DNA of 64,000 nt from Octopus sinensis. Taxonomy: Eukaryota. The notes under the pieces were generated by a model. It saw only the letters and a list, made by a program, of their open reading frames with translations. It was not told the DNA's origin and searched no databases. A program made the position numbers and the translations under genes. The stretch covers positions 45,148,464 through 45,212,463 of the forward strand of contig NC_043011.1 of the NCBI RefSeq assembly GCF_006345805.1. Reading direction: 5' to 3'. Positions 52,191 to 64,000 of this stretch are shown piece after piece. Position 1 is the stretch's first letter, and every line of letters begins with the position of its first letter.

Positions 52191-53272
52191 ATTTTTTATT
52201 ATTATCATTATTATTATTCTGCAAGCTGGCAGAATTGTTAGCACTCCAGGTGAAATGCTTAGTGGTATTAACCAATACATAGATCTAAAGTAAAATTTTT
52301 CAGGGGCCCTTAAAATACTATTGAGGATCCCCAATTTACTATGTTGGGTGGACCCAAAAATTCTTGTATGGACTCTCATGGGCCATATTGACCCCAGTTG
52401 AGGACCATTGCAGAGCAGAAAGGAATATCATTATTATGGTAATTTCCTGTTTTAATGCTGGAAATTATTTGTGCCATTAAAACAAATGCAATAAAATAAA
52501 TATTACTTGTAAAAAAAACAAAAATAATGGTAGAATAAAAAAATTGTATACATTTAAGTTTTTATGTAGAAAATGGTACAGAAATCTTTTTTTTAATTAT
52601 GATTACATAATGTTATTAAAATTATTAATAACTTTTTTATTTTACTATTAATTTAGTTAATTTTTTTTATATGTAACCTATATTTTGTATATATTTTAAA
52701 TTTTATTTTTTAATTTTAATGGTGCAAATAACAACATTAAAATAGGACATTATCCATTATTATTATTATTCTGCCGAAATTGACTTTGCTGTTCATCCTT
52801 TCAAAGTTGATGAAATAAGTAGTACTAGTTACACACTAGGGTCAATGTACTCAACTAGCCCCTACCCTCAAGACTTCAGGCCTTGTGCCTATAGTAGAGA
52901 GGATTATTATTATTATTAATAATATTTAGATGCCAAGCTGACAGAATTGTTAGTATGTTGCACAAAGTGTTTCACACTGTTTCTTCCGGTTCTCTACATT
53001 CGGAGTTCAAGAACTGCTGAGGTCAACCTTGCCTTTTATCCTTTCATTGTTGACCAAATAAGTACCAGTCCAGCACTGGGGTCAATGTAATTGACTGGCC
53101 TCTGCACCCCCCTACAAATTTCTGGTCTTGTGCCAACATTAGAAAGTATTATTATTATTATCACCATCATTATTATTATCATTATTATTATTATTATTAT
53201 CATTATTACCATCACCATTATTATTATCCTTATTACCATCATTATCATTATTATTATCATTATTACCATCAC

Positions 53273-53315
<43 letters not shown>

Positions 53316-53527
53316 GTGGTGAGCTGGCAGAATTGTTAGCACGCTGGATGAAATGCTATGTTCTGAGTTCAAATTCCGCTGAGGTCGACTATGCCTTTCA
53401 TCCTTTTAGGGTTGATAAAATAAGTACCAGTTATACACTGGGGTTGATGTAATTGACTCCAACCTGCCCTTGTGGCAAAAATTTGAAATCATTATTATTA
53501 TTATCATTATTATCATCATTATTATTA

Positions 53528-53562
<35 letters not shown>

Positions 53563-53749
53563 ACAAAATTCTTTCTGGAGTCATCTTTTTAGGTTTTGTG
53601 TCAATGAGTCTCTTCCTCAACTTTCAAACATTCTTCAAAAAGGATTCTTGAAAAATGTATAACAACTTCCTGTAACTCTGTCCTTGTTTCTTTCTCTACT
53701 ACAAAATATGTGCTGTTGTTGTTGTTGTTTCCAGTGTTACTATGGCAAC

Positions 53750-54510
53750 AAGGATACCTTTTACCCATGTGACCCAGTTTCCTCAATTACCTGGCCCACT
53801 TCAGATGCTTTTTAAATCCCTTCTTAACCTTTATCTGCTGCAATATAGTACAGTAAAATACACGACGTGTGTGTATGTATGTTGCATGCATATGTGTGTG
53901 TGTATGTGAGTGTATCTGTTGTGTGTGTCTCTGTGCTTATATGAATATATATATGTGTGTGTGTATATGTATATAAGTGCGTATATATATATGTGTGTGT
54001 ATATATATATGTATACGTGTGTATATATGTATATATATATGCATGTATATATGTATATATATGCATGTATATATGTATATATATGCATGTATATATGTAT
54101 ATATATGTGTGTGTGTATATATATATATATGTATAAACATGTTGTGTATATACATGTGTGTGTATATATATATATATATATACATATATACATGCATATA
54201 TATATATACATGCATATATATATATACATATATACACACGTATACATATATATATACACACACATATATATACATATATATGCACTTATATACATATACA
54301 CATACACATATATATTCATATAAGCACAGAGACCACACAACAGATACACTCACATACACACACATATATGCATGCATACATACATTCATACATACACCAC
54401 GTTTGTGTATTTACTGTACTATATTGAGCAGATAAAGGTTAAACGGATTTAAAAAGCATCTGAAGTGGGCCAGGTAATTGAGGAAACTGGGTCACATGGG
54501 TAAAAGGTAT

Positions 54511-54514
<4 letters not shown>
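53750..54514. repeat. 765-bp imperfect inverted repeat (palindrome)
   Basis: Ends aaggataccttttacccatg and catgggtaaaaggtatcctt; the arms mirror each other through unique sequence and microsatellite. Confidence 0.9.
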
Positions 54515-54552
<38 letters not shown>

Positions 54553-54744
54553 TCATCATCATCATCATCATCATTGTTTAACGTCCTGCCTTCCATGCTG
54601 GCATAGGTTGGACGGTCTGACTGAGGACTGGCTAGCCAGATGGCTGCACCAGGCTCCAATCTGATCTGGCAGAGTTTCTACAGCTGGATGCCCTTCCTAA
54701 CATCAACCACTCTGAGAGTGTATTGGTGCTTCTACATGCCACCA

Positions 54745-54780
<36 letters not shown>

Positions 54781-54782
<2 letters not shown>

Positions 54783-55045
54783 CGGGAGCTTTATGAAATA
54801 GACAAAAGACGAAGGCAGTTTACGGAAATAAACAAAAATAAAGGCAGGTGGAATACAAACAAACAATTGTATTAGTATGGCGCTCAGGAAATATAAATGA
54901 AACAAGTCTTTAACGTTTCGAGCCTACGCTCTTCAACAGAAAGATACACAAAGGAAAAAAACACAGAAAGAAGGAGAGAAAAAAATATGCGTCAAAGCTA
55001 GTAATCAACATGGCGATCTGATTTCGGCCAGAAGTCAAAGATCAA
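54781..55045 (-). mobile_element. Short Penelope-like terminal element, second subfamily
   Basis: Shares cgctcaggaa and aacgtttcgagc..gctcttc with 18649-18845. Confidence 0.5.
54907..54944 (-). ncRNA. Minimal hammerhead-like motif (variant core CUGUUGA)
   Basis: UCUUU-CUGUUGA-A-GAGC(GUAG)GCUC-GAAACGUU-AAAGA. Confidence 0.45.
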
Positions 55046-55109
55046 ACATGGGACGCAAGAGCGAAATATATATATGTATACATACATACATTCCAAGCCT
55101 TGCATTACC

Positions 55110-55417
55110 AGTATCCAAAACTGAATATAAAACTTACAGAATACACTGGTTCACAGGGATTAAAATCCTAGAGCCTAAATCAGTGAGGGATCTGGGTACC
55201 GACATGAGTGATGATACCTCTTTCCAAGTGCACATTACTAGGATGGCAACAAAGTGCAGAGAACTGACTGAATGGATCTGGTGAATGTTCAGAAGCAGAG
55301 ATAAGGAAACCATGATGGTCCTCTGGAGGATATTCGTCCTCAGCCACCTGGATTATTGCTCCCAGCTATGGTTACCAAACAGTGTAAATTAACAGTGGAC
55401 CTTGAAGCAATCCAGGT
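55110..55417 (+). mobile_element. CR1/L2-like LINE RT C-terminal fragment, decayed
   Basis: SVRDLGTDMSDDTSFQVHI..FRSRDKETMMVLWRIFVLSHLDYCSQLW..LEAIQ. Confidence 0.8.
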
Positions 55418-55623
55418 ATCAAGGTGGTGTTCCAGCATGGCTGCAGTCAAATGACTGAAACAAGTAAAGGAATAAAGGAATAAAGTAATGTAATGTAATG
55501 TAATGTATGTATGTATGTATGTATGTATGTATGTATGTATGTATGTATGTATGTATGTATGTATGTGTGTGTGTATGTATGTGTGTGTATGTATGTGTGT
55601 GTGTATGTATGTGTGTGTATGTA

Positions 55624-55658
<35 letters not shown>

Positions 55659-55675
55659 ATGTATGTATGTATGTA

Positions 55676-56210
55676 TAGGGAGAATTCACAAAAAAAAAAG
55701 ACGAAGACAGGTGTTGTAGAAAACAAACAGATCATCATCATCACTTAGCGTCCGCTTTCCATTCCATGCTAGCATGGGTTGGACGGTTCAACTGGGGTCT
55801 GCGAAGCCAGAAGGCTGCACCAGGCCCAGTCTGATCTGGCAATGTTTCTACAGCTGGATGCCCTTCCTAATGCCAACCACTCCGTGAGTATAGTGGGTGT
55901 TTTTTACGTGCCACCGGCACAGTTGCCAGACGGGGCTGGCAAACGGCTGCGGTCGGATGGTGCTTTTTACATGCCACCGGCACGGGGGCCAGGCAAGGCT
56001 GACAACGGACAGGATCAGATGGTGTTTTTACGTGTCACCGGCAGTGGGGCCAGGCAAGGCTGGCAAACGGCCACGGTCGGATGGTGCTTTTTACGTGCCA
56101 ACACTCAGGAAGTGAGAAAGTCATTAACGTTTTGAGCCTATGCTCTTCCACAGAAAGGAACATAGAAAGAAACAAGGAGAGAAAATAAAGAAGCGATCTA
56201 TCATGGTGAG
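55676..56210 (-). mobile_element. Penelope-like terminal element split by a SINE C insertion (~55736-56100)
   Basis: Both halves match 54781-55045; degenerate hammerhead-like motif at ~56122-56157. Confidence 0.5.
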
Positions 56211-56214
56211 GTAT

Positions 56215-56780
56215 TTTTTTTTTCAATAAATTTTTCCTCAACTTTGATGTGGTTGTAATTAAAGTTGCTAATAAGATATCAGGATAATTTTTGGTGTTTA
56301 ACAAATCAATATTCTTTCCTCTGTTGGATTCCAAGTCAATTTTTTTCGCACACTAATGTCTATTTTGATAGTTTGCAGTTTTCAAAAACTAATGTCTAAG
56401 ATGGGATAAAATGAGTCATGACTAATTTCATTAATTTCTTCTCTTTAACTGCATTTTATGTAAATAAATATAGATTTTGAAGAAGCTATAGAGAGTATTT
56501 TTTGTTGCATTTCTGATCTTTCAAGATAAATATTGATGTGTATAAATCTGTTTTTAAGTGTAATTCTGGAGAATTCAAGAGGCAGATTTACTTTATTTTG
56601 GTTTACTCATTTTGCCCCGGCTAAATTTGGCTTTCATATACTAAGAAATGACTGATAATTTTCTGAAATAGTGTTCAGATAATGTTATAATGTTTTTAAT
56701 ACATTTCGAGAAGGTCACTTGCTTAGCTAATATCGCTTTTGTAAGGTTGTTTGTGAACATCTGTAAAAAATATATTTCTA
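56215..56780 (-). mobile_element. Possible decayed Penelope-like coding remnant
   Basis: AT-rich fragments such as KNRF..H and NIDLLNTK directly upstream of the hammerhead-bearing terminus; many stops. Confidence 0.25.
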
Positions 56781-57689
56781 TTTAAGGTAAAAAATGCAGT
56801 AAAAACTACTCATTGTGCCCTACCCTCCTACATATATATATATATGGTGTGTGTGTGTGTGTATGGGTGTTTAAAACATTCTCATTATAATAAACTAACA
56901 CACACCTTACTACCATCATCACTTCATCATACCCACCACCATCACCACCACCACCAACACCCATTAAACATATATATAAATGTATGAATATCTATGTATG
57001 TTTGTATATAACAGCTTTGACATATGGGAATAATAGGTTGGTATTTTTGAATTATTTATAGTCAAGTTTTGTATGAGTGTATATATACCTGTCTGTGTGT
57101 ATGTGTGTATGAGCCTGTATATGTAACAGGATATACACACCCACACACACTTGTACCTACATATGCATGCCCACACACACATGCACATATACACCACTGA
57201 TTATAAAAGAAACAGTTTCATACTTGATTTTCTTTTATCAGGAAGATTATGAAGCCAAAACCCTTGATTATGAGGATGATACTGTCTCTTCTGGTGAAGG
57301 ATAACATCATTCATATAACTAACATTGTAACCTGCTAAAGACAGGGATATGCTTTTAGGACGAGGAAGTATTTCTGCCATCATAACTTACTGATACAAGA
57401 GAACCCTATAATGAAATGCTACTCTTATTTCTTCATTACCCACAAGGGGCTAAACATAGTGGGACAAGGGGACAAACAAGGACAGACAAAGCGATTAAAT
57501 CAATTACATCGACCCCAGTATGTAACTAGTACTTAATTTATCGACTCCGAAAGGATGAAAAACAAAGTTGACCTTGGTGGAATTTGAACTCAGAATGTAA
57601 TGGCAGACGAAATACCGCTAAGCATTTCATCCAGCGTGCTAATGTTTCTGCCAGCTCGCCGCCTTTGGAATGCTACTCTTGCAGTGGAG

Positions 57690-58065
57690 ACAGTGCTGAT
57701 GCTACACAGGAGACCCCTACAATGCTTTGTAGCAATTGCTACACATATCACCCCTGTGCTGGAATACTGCCCCAACATTGAGGACTGTGCGGTTGCTACA
57801 TAGGTGTATTGTGAAGCACTGTCTCAACATTGGAGACAGTGCTGCCGCTAAACAGGTGATCCCTACAATGGCATATTGTCCCAACATTGAGGATTGCGCT
57901 GATGCTACAGAGGTGACCCCTATGGTTGATTACTATCCCAACATTGGGGTCAATGTTGTTGCTACATGGGTAACACCTATGATGGAATACTTCCCCAACG
58001 TTAGGGTCAGTGATGTTGCCCTACACTGGCATTCTGCCTCAACATTAAGAACAGCATTGTGGCAA
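57690..58065 (+). repeat. Degenerate 57-bp tandem repeat
   Basis: Units start gcta at 57738, 57846, 57903 and 57960; translate as ATxVTPMxxYCPNIEDCAx. Confidence 0.8.
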
Positions 58066-58429
58066 CTCACAGACATATATTTATTTCTTTATTGCCCACA
58101 AGGGGCTAAATATAGAGGGAACAAACAAGGACAGGCAAAGGGATTAAGTTGATTACATCAACCCCAGTGCATAACTGGTACTTGTTTAATCGACCCTGAA
58201 AGGATGAAAGGCAAAGTCGACCTCGGCGGAATTTGAACTCAGAATGAAATACATATACTCAAAGACATATATGCTGGCCATTCACAATACTAATTGTCAA
58301 AGATTCATTAACAACACACTACAACCCTTGGTTTACAGACTCCTTCAGTCTAATGTATTACTACTGTAACAGATTCTGATCTTCTGAAGTAGCTAGTTGT
58401 GTCATCAGCAAAAATTATGAGTATTTACA

Positions 58430-58637
58430 TATATACTCTTTTACTTGTTTCAGTCATTTGACTGCGGCCATGCTGGAGCACCGCCTTTAGTTGAGCAAAT
58501 CGATCCCAGAACTTATTCTTTGTAAGCTTAGTACTTATTCTATCGGTCTCTTTTGCCGAACCGCTAAGTTACGGGGACGTAAACACACCAGCATCGGTTG
58601 TCAAGTGATGTTGGTGGGAACCAACACAGACACACAA

Positions 58638-58680
<43 letters not shown>

Positions 58681-58845
58681 TATATATGTTGGGCTTCTTT
58701 CAGCTTCCATCTACCAAATCCACTCACAAAGCTTTGGTCAGCCTGAAGCTATAGTAGAAGACACTTGCCCAAGGTACGACGCAGTGGGACTGAACCCAGA
58801 ATCATGTTGTTGGTAAGCAAGCTACTTACCACACAGCCACTCCTG
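58430..58845 (-). mobile_element. SINE family A
   Basis: Full length. Confidence 0.85.
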
Positions 58846-58846
58846 C

Positions 58847-58893
<47 letters not shown>

Positions 58894-60042
58894 TGTATGG
58901 ATGTATGATTTTCCTTCTTGAGAGAGATCCAGCCAGTTGCTAAAAAAGCAACAAGACTTTTTGAGTTAAGTGGGTTCCCAGTGTTTGTAAATATGTAGTT
59001 GAATTAGTGTGTTGTTTGAATTGTCGATGCATACACCCACGTATGTGCATCTATTCACATAAGAATCCCACATGGAGAATTTCTGGAATGTCTTACAAAT
59101 CTTCACTGTGCCATTAATAGATTGGATTTGGAGAATCCACGTCAGTTTCTTTTGCTCTTTTCCCATAAAACCATGCGTTTCAAAGGTTTTGTGAAGATTT
59201 GTTGGTACATAACCTAATGCACTTGTATGCTTGTATCTATGTATGTGTGTCATTATTCAGTTTATTTCAAGATTCCTTGCCAATAGAGAAAGAACCGGTT
59301 TCTAACCTAGATCCAAGGCTCCTTCATTGGAATTTCAACATCAACAACAGGTTATTTTTGTATATATGTATGTATGTATGTATGTGCAGATTTGTATGTT
59401 TTCTGTATGTATTCTCATGCATATAGTTGCATATCTAGACATATATATATTTAAATGATAAACTTCTGTAAAGTTTTACAGATTTTAAAGGCTCCAATGA
59501 TGGATTGGATCTGTAGACTTTGAATTAGCTTTCTTCTTTCTGGTTTTGAGAAGCCTTATTTGTGTATGTATGTGTCTGGCGTAGCATGGTAAATTCCATT
59601 GCCTCGACCACGGTCGAACAATGATGATGATGATGTATGTATGTATGTATGCATGTACATTTGTGTGTGGTGTGTGTGTGTGTGTATATGCATGGACAAG
59701 TACATCTACATTTCTATAGACAGATAGATGTAATTGTATATATGTTTATATGCATGAATGTTTGGGTATATATATAGGGAGATATTTTGAGGTATTCATA
59801 ACCGAGATTTACATTTGTGTATACATGTGGTCTTGCAGCTAATTCTGTCTGTGTGTGTGTGTGTGCGTACATGTGTGTACATGGATACTGTTTTAGTTAA
59901 GAACCATGTGTGAATGTTATATATGTAGGTGTATATTCAAAGATATTTACAGCTCAGTCAACAGTGATAATACACTGAAGATAATATAAGATATATGTGG
60001 TGTGTGGGGATGTATGTGTATACATACACACACAGATATGTG

Positions 60043-60075
<33 letters not shown>

Positions 60076-61339
60076 GCATACATAAGTGTGGCAGGCTCAC
60101 TCTCTCTTTCACACTATATATAGATATACACACACATACACACAACCGTAGAATCTATGTCAAATTGGATTGGAACTTGGTGCAGCTCTCCAGCTTACTA
60201 GTTTTAGTCAAACCATTTAACCCATGCCAGCATGGAAAACAGATGCTAATTGATGATGATGATGATATATACATACACACACATATAGGTACATTTGTAT
60301 GTGTATATATACATGCATATGTATATGTGTGTACATATATGCATATCTATACTCTTTTACTTGTTTCAGTCATGTGACTGTGGCCATGCTGGAGCACCGC
60401 CTTTAGTCGAGCAAATTGATCCCAGGACTTTTTTTGTAAGCCTAGTACTTATTCTATTGGTGTCTTTTGCCGAACTGCTAAGTTAAGGGGATGTAAACAC
60501 ACCAGCATTGGTTGTCAAGCTATGTTGGGGGGGGGACAAACACAGACACACAGACATATACACACACATACATATATATATTACGCTTAAGCATTCCCTA
60601 AGTCCTCTCATCATTAAGTATTCCCTAATTCCTCTCATCATTATGTGCCGATAATTTCTCCATTTCTCCACTGTCCCTTTATTAATTTTGCCCGTCCAAG
60701 TCCTCGCTCTCTCGTCTATCAACCTTCGCCATCTTGAAGTCTGTTTCTTCAGTACACTTCCGCCTTGTCCAAAAATTCCCCTTCCGGTCAACTTATACTT
60801 AAAAGGCCACCCCACACGTGCTCTATCTCATTCACCTAGCAGCTATATCCTGAGTACAGATAAGTTGAAAACTTATTTTCACTTCTCGACCAATCATACT
60901 ACACTCAAAACATGTTTTTATCTATCTATCTATTTTATCTACTTACTAATTACTAATATGCTTAAGTATTCCCTAATTCCTCTCATCATTATGTGCTGAT
61001 AATTTCTCCATTTCTCCACCGTCCCTTTATTAATTTTGCCTGTCCAAGTCCTCGCTCTCTCGTCTATCAACCTTCGCGTATTCGCAGTGCACCCGCCCTT
61101 GCCCACCACCACCACCACCACCAATACCGGATATCTCTATATTTTTGCTCTATCTATACCGGATGTCGCTTCTCCCACCACCATTATAGGTGTCTACTCT
61201 TCGAACCCCCCTCTTCAATACGCTATTTCACCATGCATTACCCCTCTCGTGATATCCTACGTTCTACTTGTCTAGAACCTGTCATCGTTTCTCTGAACAC
61301 CCCTCCCCACTGGTGCTCCCCTATATTTCTGCACCCCCC

Positions 61340-61660
61340 CCCACATAAAAAGCACCATCCGAACGTGGCCGATGCCAGCACCGCCTCGACTGGCTTCTGT
61401 GCAGGTGGCACATAAAAAGCACCAACCGACCGTGGCCGATGCCAGACCCCTCTGGCACCTGTGCAGGTGGCACGTAAAAAGCACCCACTACACTCGCGGA
61501 GTGGTTGGCGTTAGGAAGGGCATCCAGCTGTAGAAACACTGCCAGACCAGACTGGAGCCTGGGGCAGCTCCTGGCTCCCCAGACCCCAGTCGAAACCGTC
61601 CAACCCGTGCTAGCGCGGAAAACGGATGTTAAACGATGACGATGATGATGATGATGATAT
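61340..61660 (+). mobile_element. SINE family C with hairpin repeats
   Basis: RTE-like tail and (GAT)n. Confidence 0.8.
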
Positions 61661-62121
61661 ATACATACACACACATATATACGACGGGCTTCTTTTAGTT
61701 TCTGTCTACCAAATACACTCACAAGGCTTTGGTCGGCTCAAGGCTATTGTAGAAGACACTTGGCCAAGGTGCCACACAGTGGAACTGAACCTGGAACCAT
61801 GGGGTTCATAAGCAAGCTACTTACCACACATATATATATATGTATATGTATGTCTCTCTCTCTCTCTGTATGTATATATATATATTTCTTTATTGCCCAC
61901 ATGGGGCTAAACATAGAGGGGGCAAACAAAGGGATTAAGTTGATTACATCGACCCCAGTGATTAACTGGTACTTATTTAATCGATCCCGAAAGGATGAAA
62001 GGCAAAGTCGACCCCGGCAGAATTTGAACACGGAACGTAACGGCTGACGAAATACCGCTAAGTATTTCGTCCAGCGTGCTAACGTTTCTGCCAGCTCACC
62101 GCCTTATATATATATATATAT

Positions 62122-62522
62122 CTTTTACTCTTTTACTTGTTTCAGTCATTTTACTGTGGCCATGCTGGAGCACCGCCTTTAGTCGAGCAGATCGACCCCG
62201 GGACTTATTCTTTGTAAGCCCAGTACTTATTCTATCGGTCTCTTTTGCCGAACCGCTAAGTGACAGGGACATAAACACACCAGCATCAGTTGTCAAGCAA
62301 TGCTAGGGGGACAAACACAGACACACAAACATATACACACACATACACACATATATACGACAGGCTTCTTTCTTTCAGTTTCCGTCTACCAAATCTACTC
62401 ACAAGGCATTGGTCGGCCCAGGGCTATAGCAGAAGACACTTGCCCAAGATGCCACGCAGTGGGACTGAACCCGGAACCATGTGGTTGGTAAACAAGCTAC
62501 TTACCACACAGCCACTCCTGCG
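62122..62522 (-). mobile_element. SINE family A, young copy
   Basis: Full length with CpGs retained. Confidence 0.85.
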
Positions 62523-62984
62523 TATATGGATATATATATATATATATGTATGTATGTATGTATATATATATATATATATATTCGGCATGTATATATATAT
62601 ATAAACATGTGTACACACACACACACACACACACATGCACAATATGGTTGTATTAAATGTCTGCCTGACAGATTTTATGGAAACAATTATTCCTTTCATG
62701 CTGCAATGCGTCAAGAATTTCTTAACTGATTTTAGTGAGTTGGGCGGGGCTGTGGTTGTATGTGCATATATATAAACACACACATGCATACACACATACA
62801 TATGTATGTATGTACACACACGCTTGCACGTAAATGTGTTTTGTATAAACATGTATAAACAGACATACATGCATTTATATGCACATGAATGTTTACATGT
62901 GTATATACACAATAGCACTTAATTTTTCACAATGCTTCATGGTTCTTCATAGTCATGACTAATTATTATTATCTTGCACTGATC

Positions 62985-63770
62985 CAGTCCACCTAGCCGT
63001 AAATAGATACCACGTGGTAGGTGCAGTCCACCCAGTTGTAAACTGGCACCATGTGGGGGTACACAGTGCACCCAGCTGTAAATGGTTTCCAAGTGGACCT
63101 AGCTATAACTCTGTACCTCGTGGTACATACAATCCACCTAGTCCTTGATATGTACCATGCAGCAAGTACAGTCCACTTTGTTGTCAGTAAATACCATGTG
63201 GTAAGTGCAGTTCACCTAGATCTTAATAGGTGCCATCTGGTACGTACAATCTACCTAGCTGTATATAAGTACCATGTTGGAGATATATATTTCTTTACTG
63301 CCCACAAGGGGCTAAACATAGAGGGGACAAACAAGGACAGACAAAGGGAGTAAGTCGATTACATCGACTCCAGTGTGAAACTGGTACTTTATTTATCGAC
63401 CCCGAAAGGATGAAAAGTAAAGTCGACCTCGGCGGAATTTGAACTCAGAACGTAACGACAGATGAAATACCACAAAGCATTTCGCCTGGCGCGCTAACGT
63501 TTCTGCCAGCTCGCCGCCTATATTGGAGATATAATCCACCTAGCTTTAAATAGGTACCATGTGGTTTGTACAGCTCACATAGCTGTAAATAAGTACCGTG
63601 TGGAGGTACAGAGGACCTAACTGTAAATAAATACCATGTGGTACATACTGTCCATCAGTACATGCCATGTGGTATATACTGTCCATCTAGCCATCAGTAC
63701 ATGCCATGTGGTAGATGCAGTCCACGTAGCTGTAGAAAGGTATCATGTTGGCAGGTGCAATACACTTATA
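62985..63770 (+). repeat. Degenerate 39-bp tandem repeat split by SINE B
   Basis: Consensus approximately gtggtacgtacaatccacctagctgtaaataagtaccat. Confidence 0.8.
63288..63522 (-). mobile_element. SINE family B with 11-bp TSD
   Basis: TSD ttggagatata at 63277-63287 and 63523-63533. Confidence 0.9.
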
Positions 63771-64000
63771 TCTCTGTTCCTGTCAGTGGTATTTCTCAAT
63801 TAATCAATCTCCTACCCTCTTGGGACAGCCAGGCTTGTATTTTGTATAACTTTCTTTGAAGTCTTATTATGACGACAAAATGGCTTAGATATTGAATTAT
63901 AGATAATATAAGGACCAGGGCTGCCGTTGCACCATTATCAGACCCCTTGTCAAATCAATGCAGTGGGCCCATACATAGATTAGAATAGGGCCGCTAGACC

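Noticed and set aside
53601-53700. Possible terminal exon (EKETRTELQEVVIHFSRILFEECLKVEEETH*)
   Set aside because: The adjacent donor-bearing segment is phase-incompatible with this frame and lies in the suspect palindrome.

Overview
AT-rich animal genomic DNA, dominated by repeats. The SINE, LINE and microsatellite repertoire looks like coleoid cephalopod (Octopus-like) DNA; this is my recognition and was not database-checked. There are no prokaryotic operons and no CRISPR array. One gene is confidently identified: the terminal coding exon of an HPDL-type 4-hydroxyphenylpyruvate dioxygenase-like gene (+, 890-1058). It converges on three splice-compatible terminal exons of an unidentified minus-strand gene (6798-6593, 5270-5176, 5111-5045). 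The rest is several tRNA-headed and RTE-tailed SINE families, decayed LINE 3' ends (RTE with C2H2 zinc fingers, R4/Dong with REL endonuclease, CR1/L2-like), Penelope-like fragments, a hAT-like MITE, and micro- and minisatellites. Almost all ORFs in the supplied track are translations of simple repeats or SINEs. The best second-look items are four covarying minimal hammerhead-ribozyme-like motifs, a 765-bp palindrome (possibly an assembly artefact), two decayed repeats with codon-multiple periods (57 and 39 nt), a CpG-retaining domain at about 12-25 kb, and hairpin-repeat arrays inside SINEs that mimic CRISPR arrays. Repeat boundaries are read by eye and are approximate to within tens of bases unless a TSD or splice site is cited.
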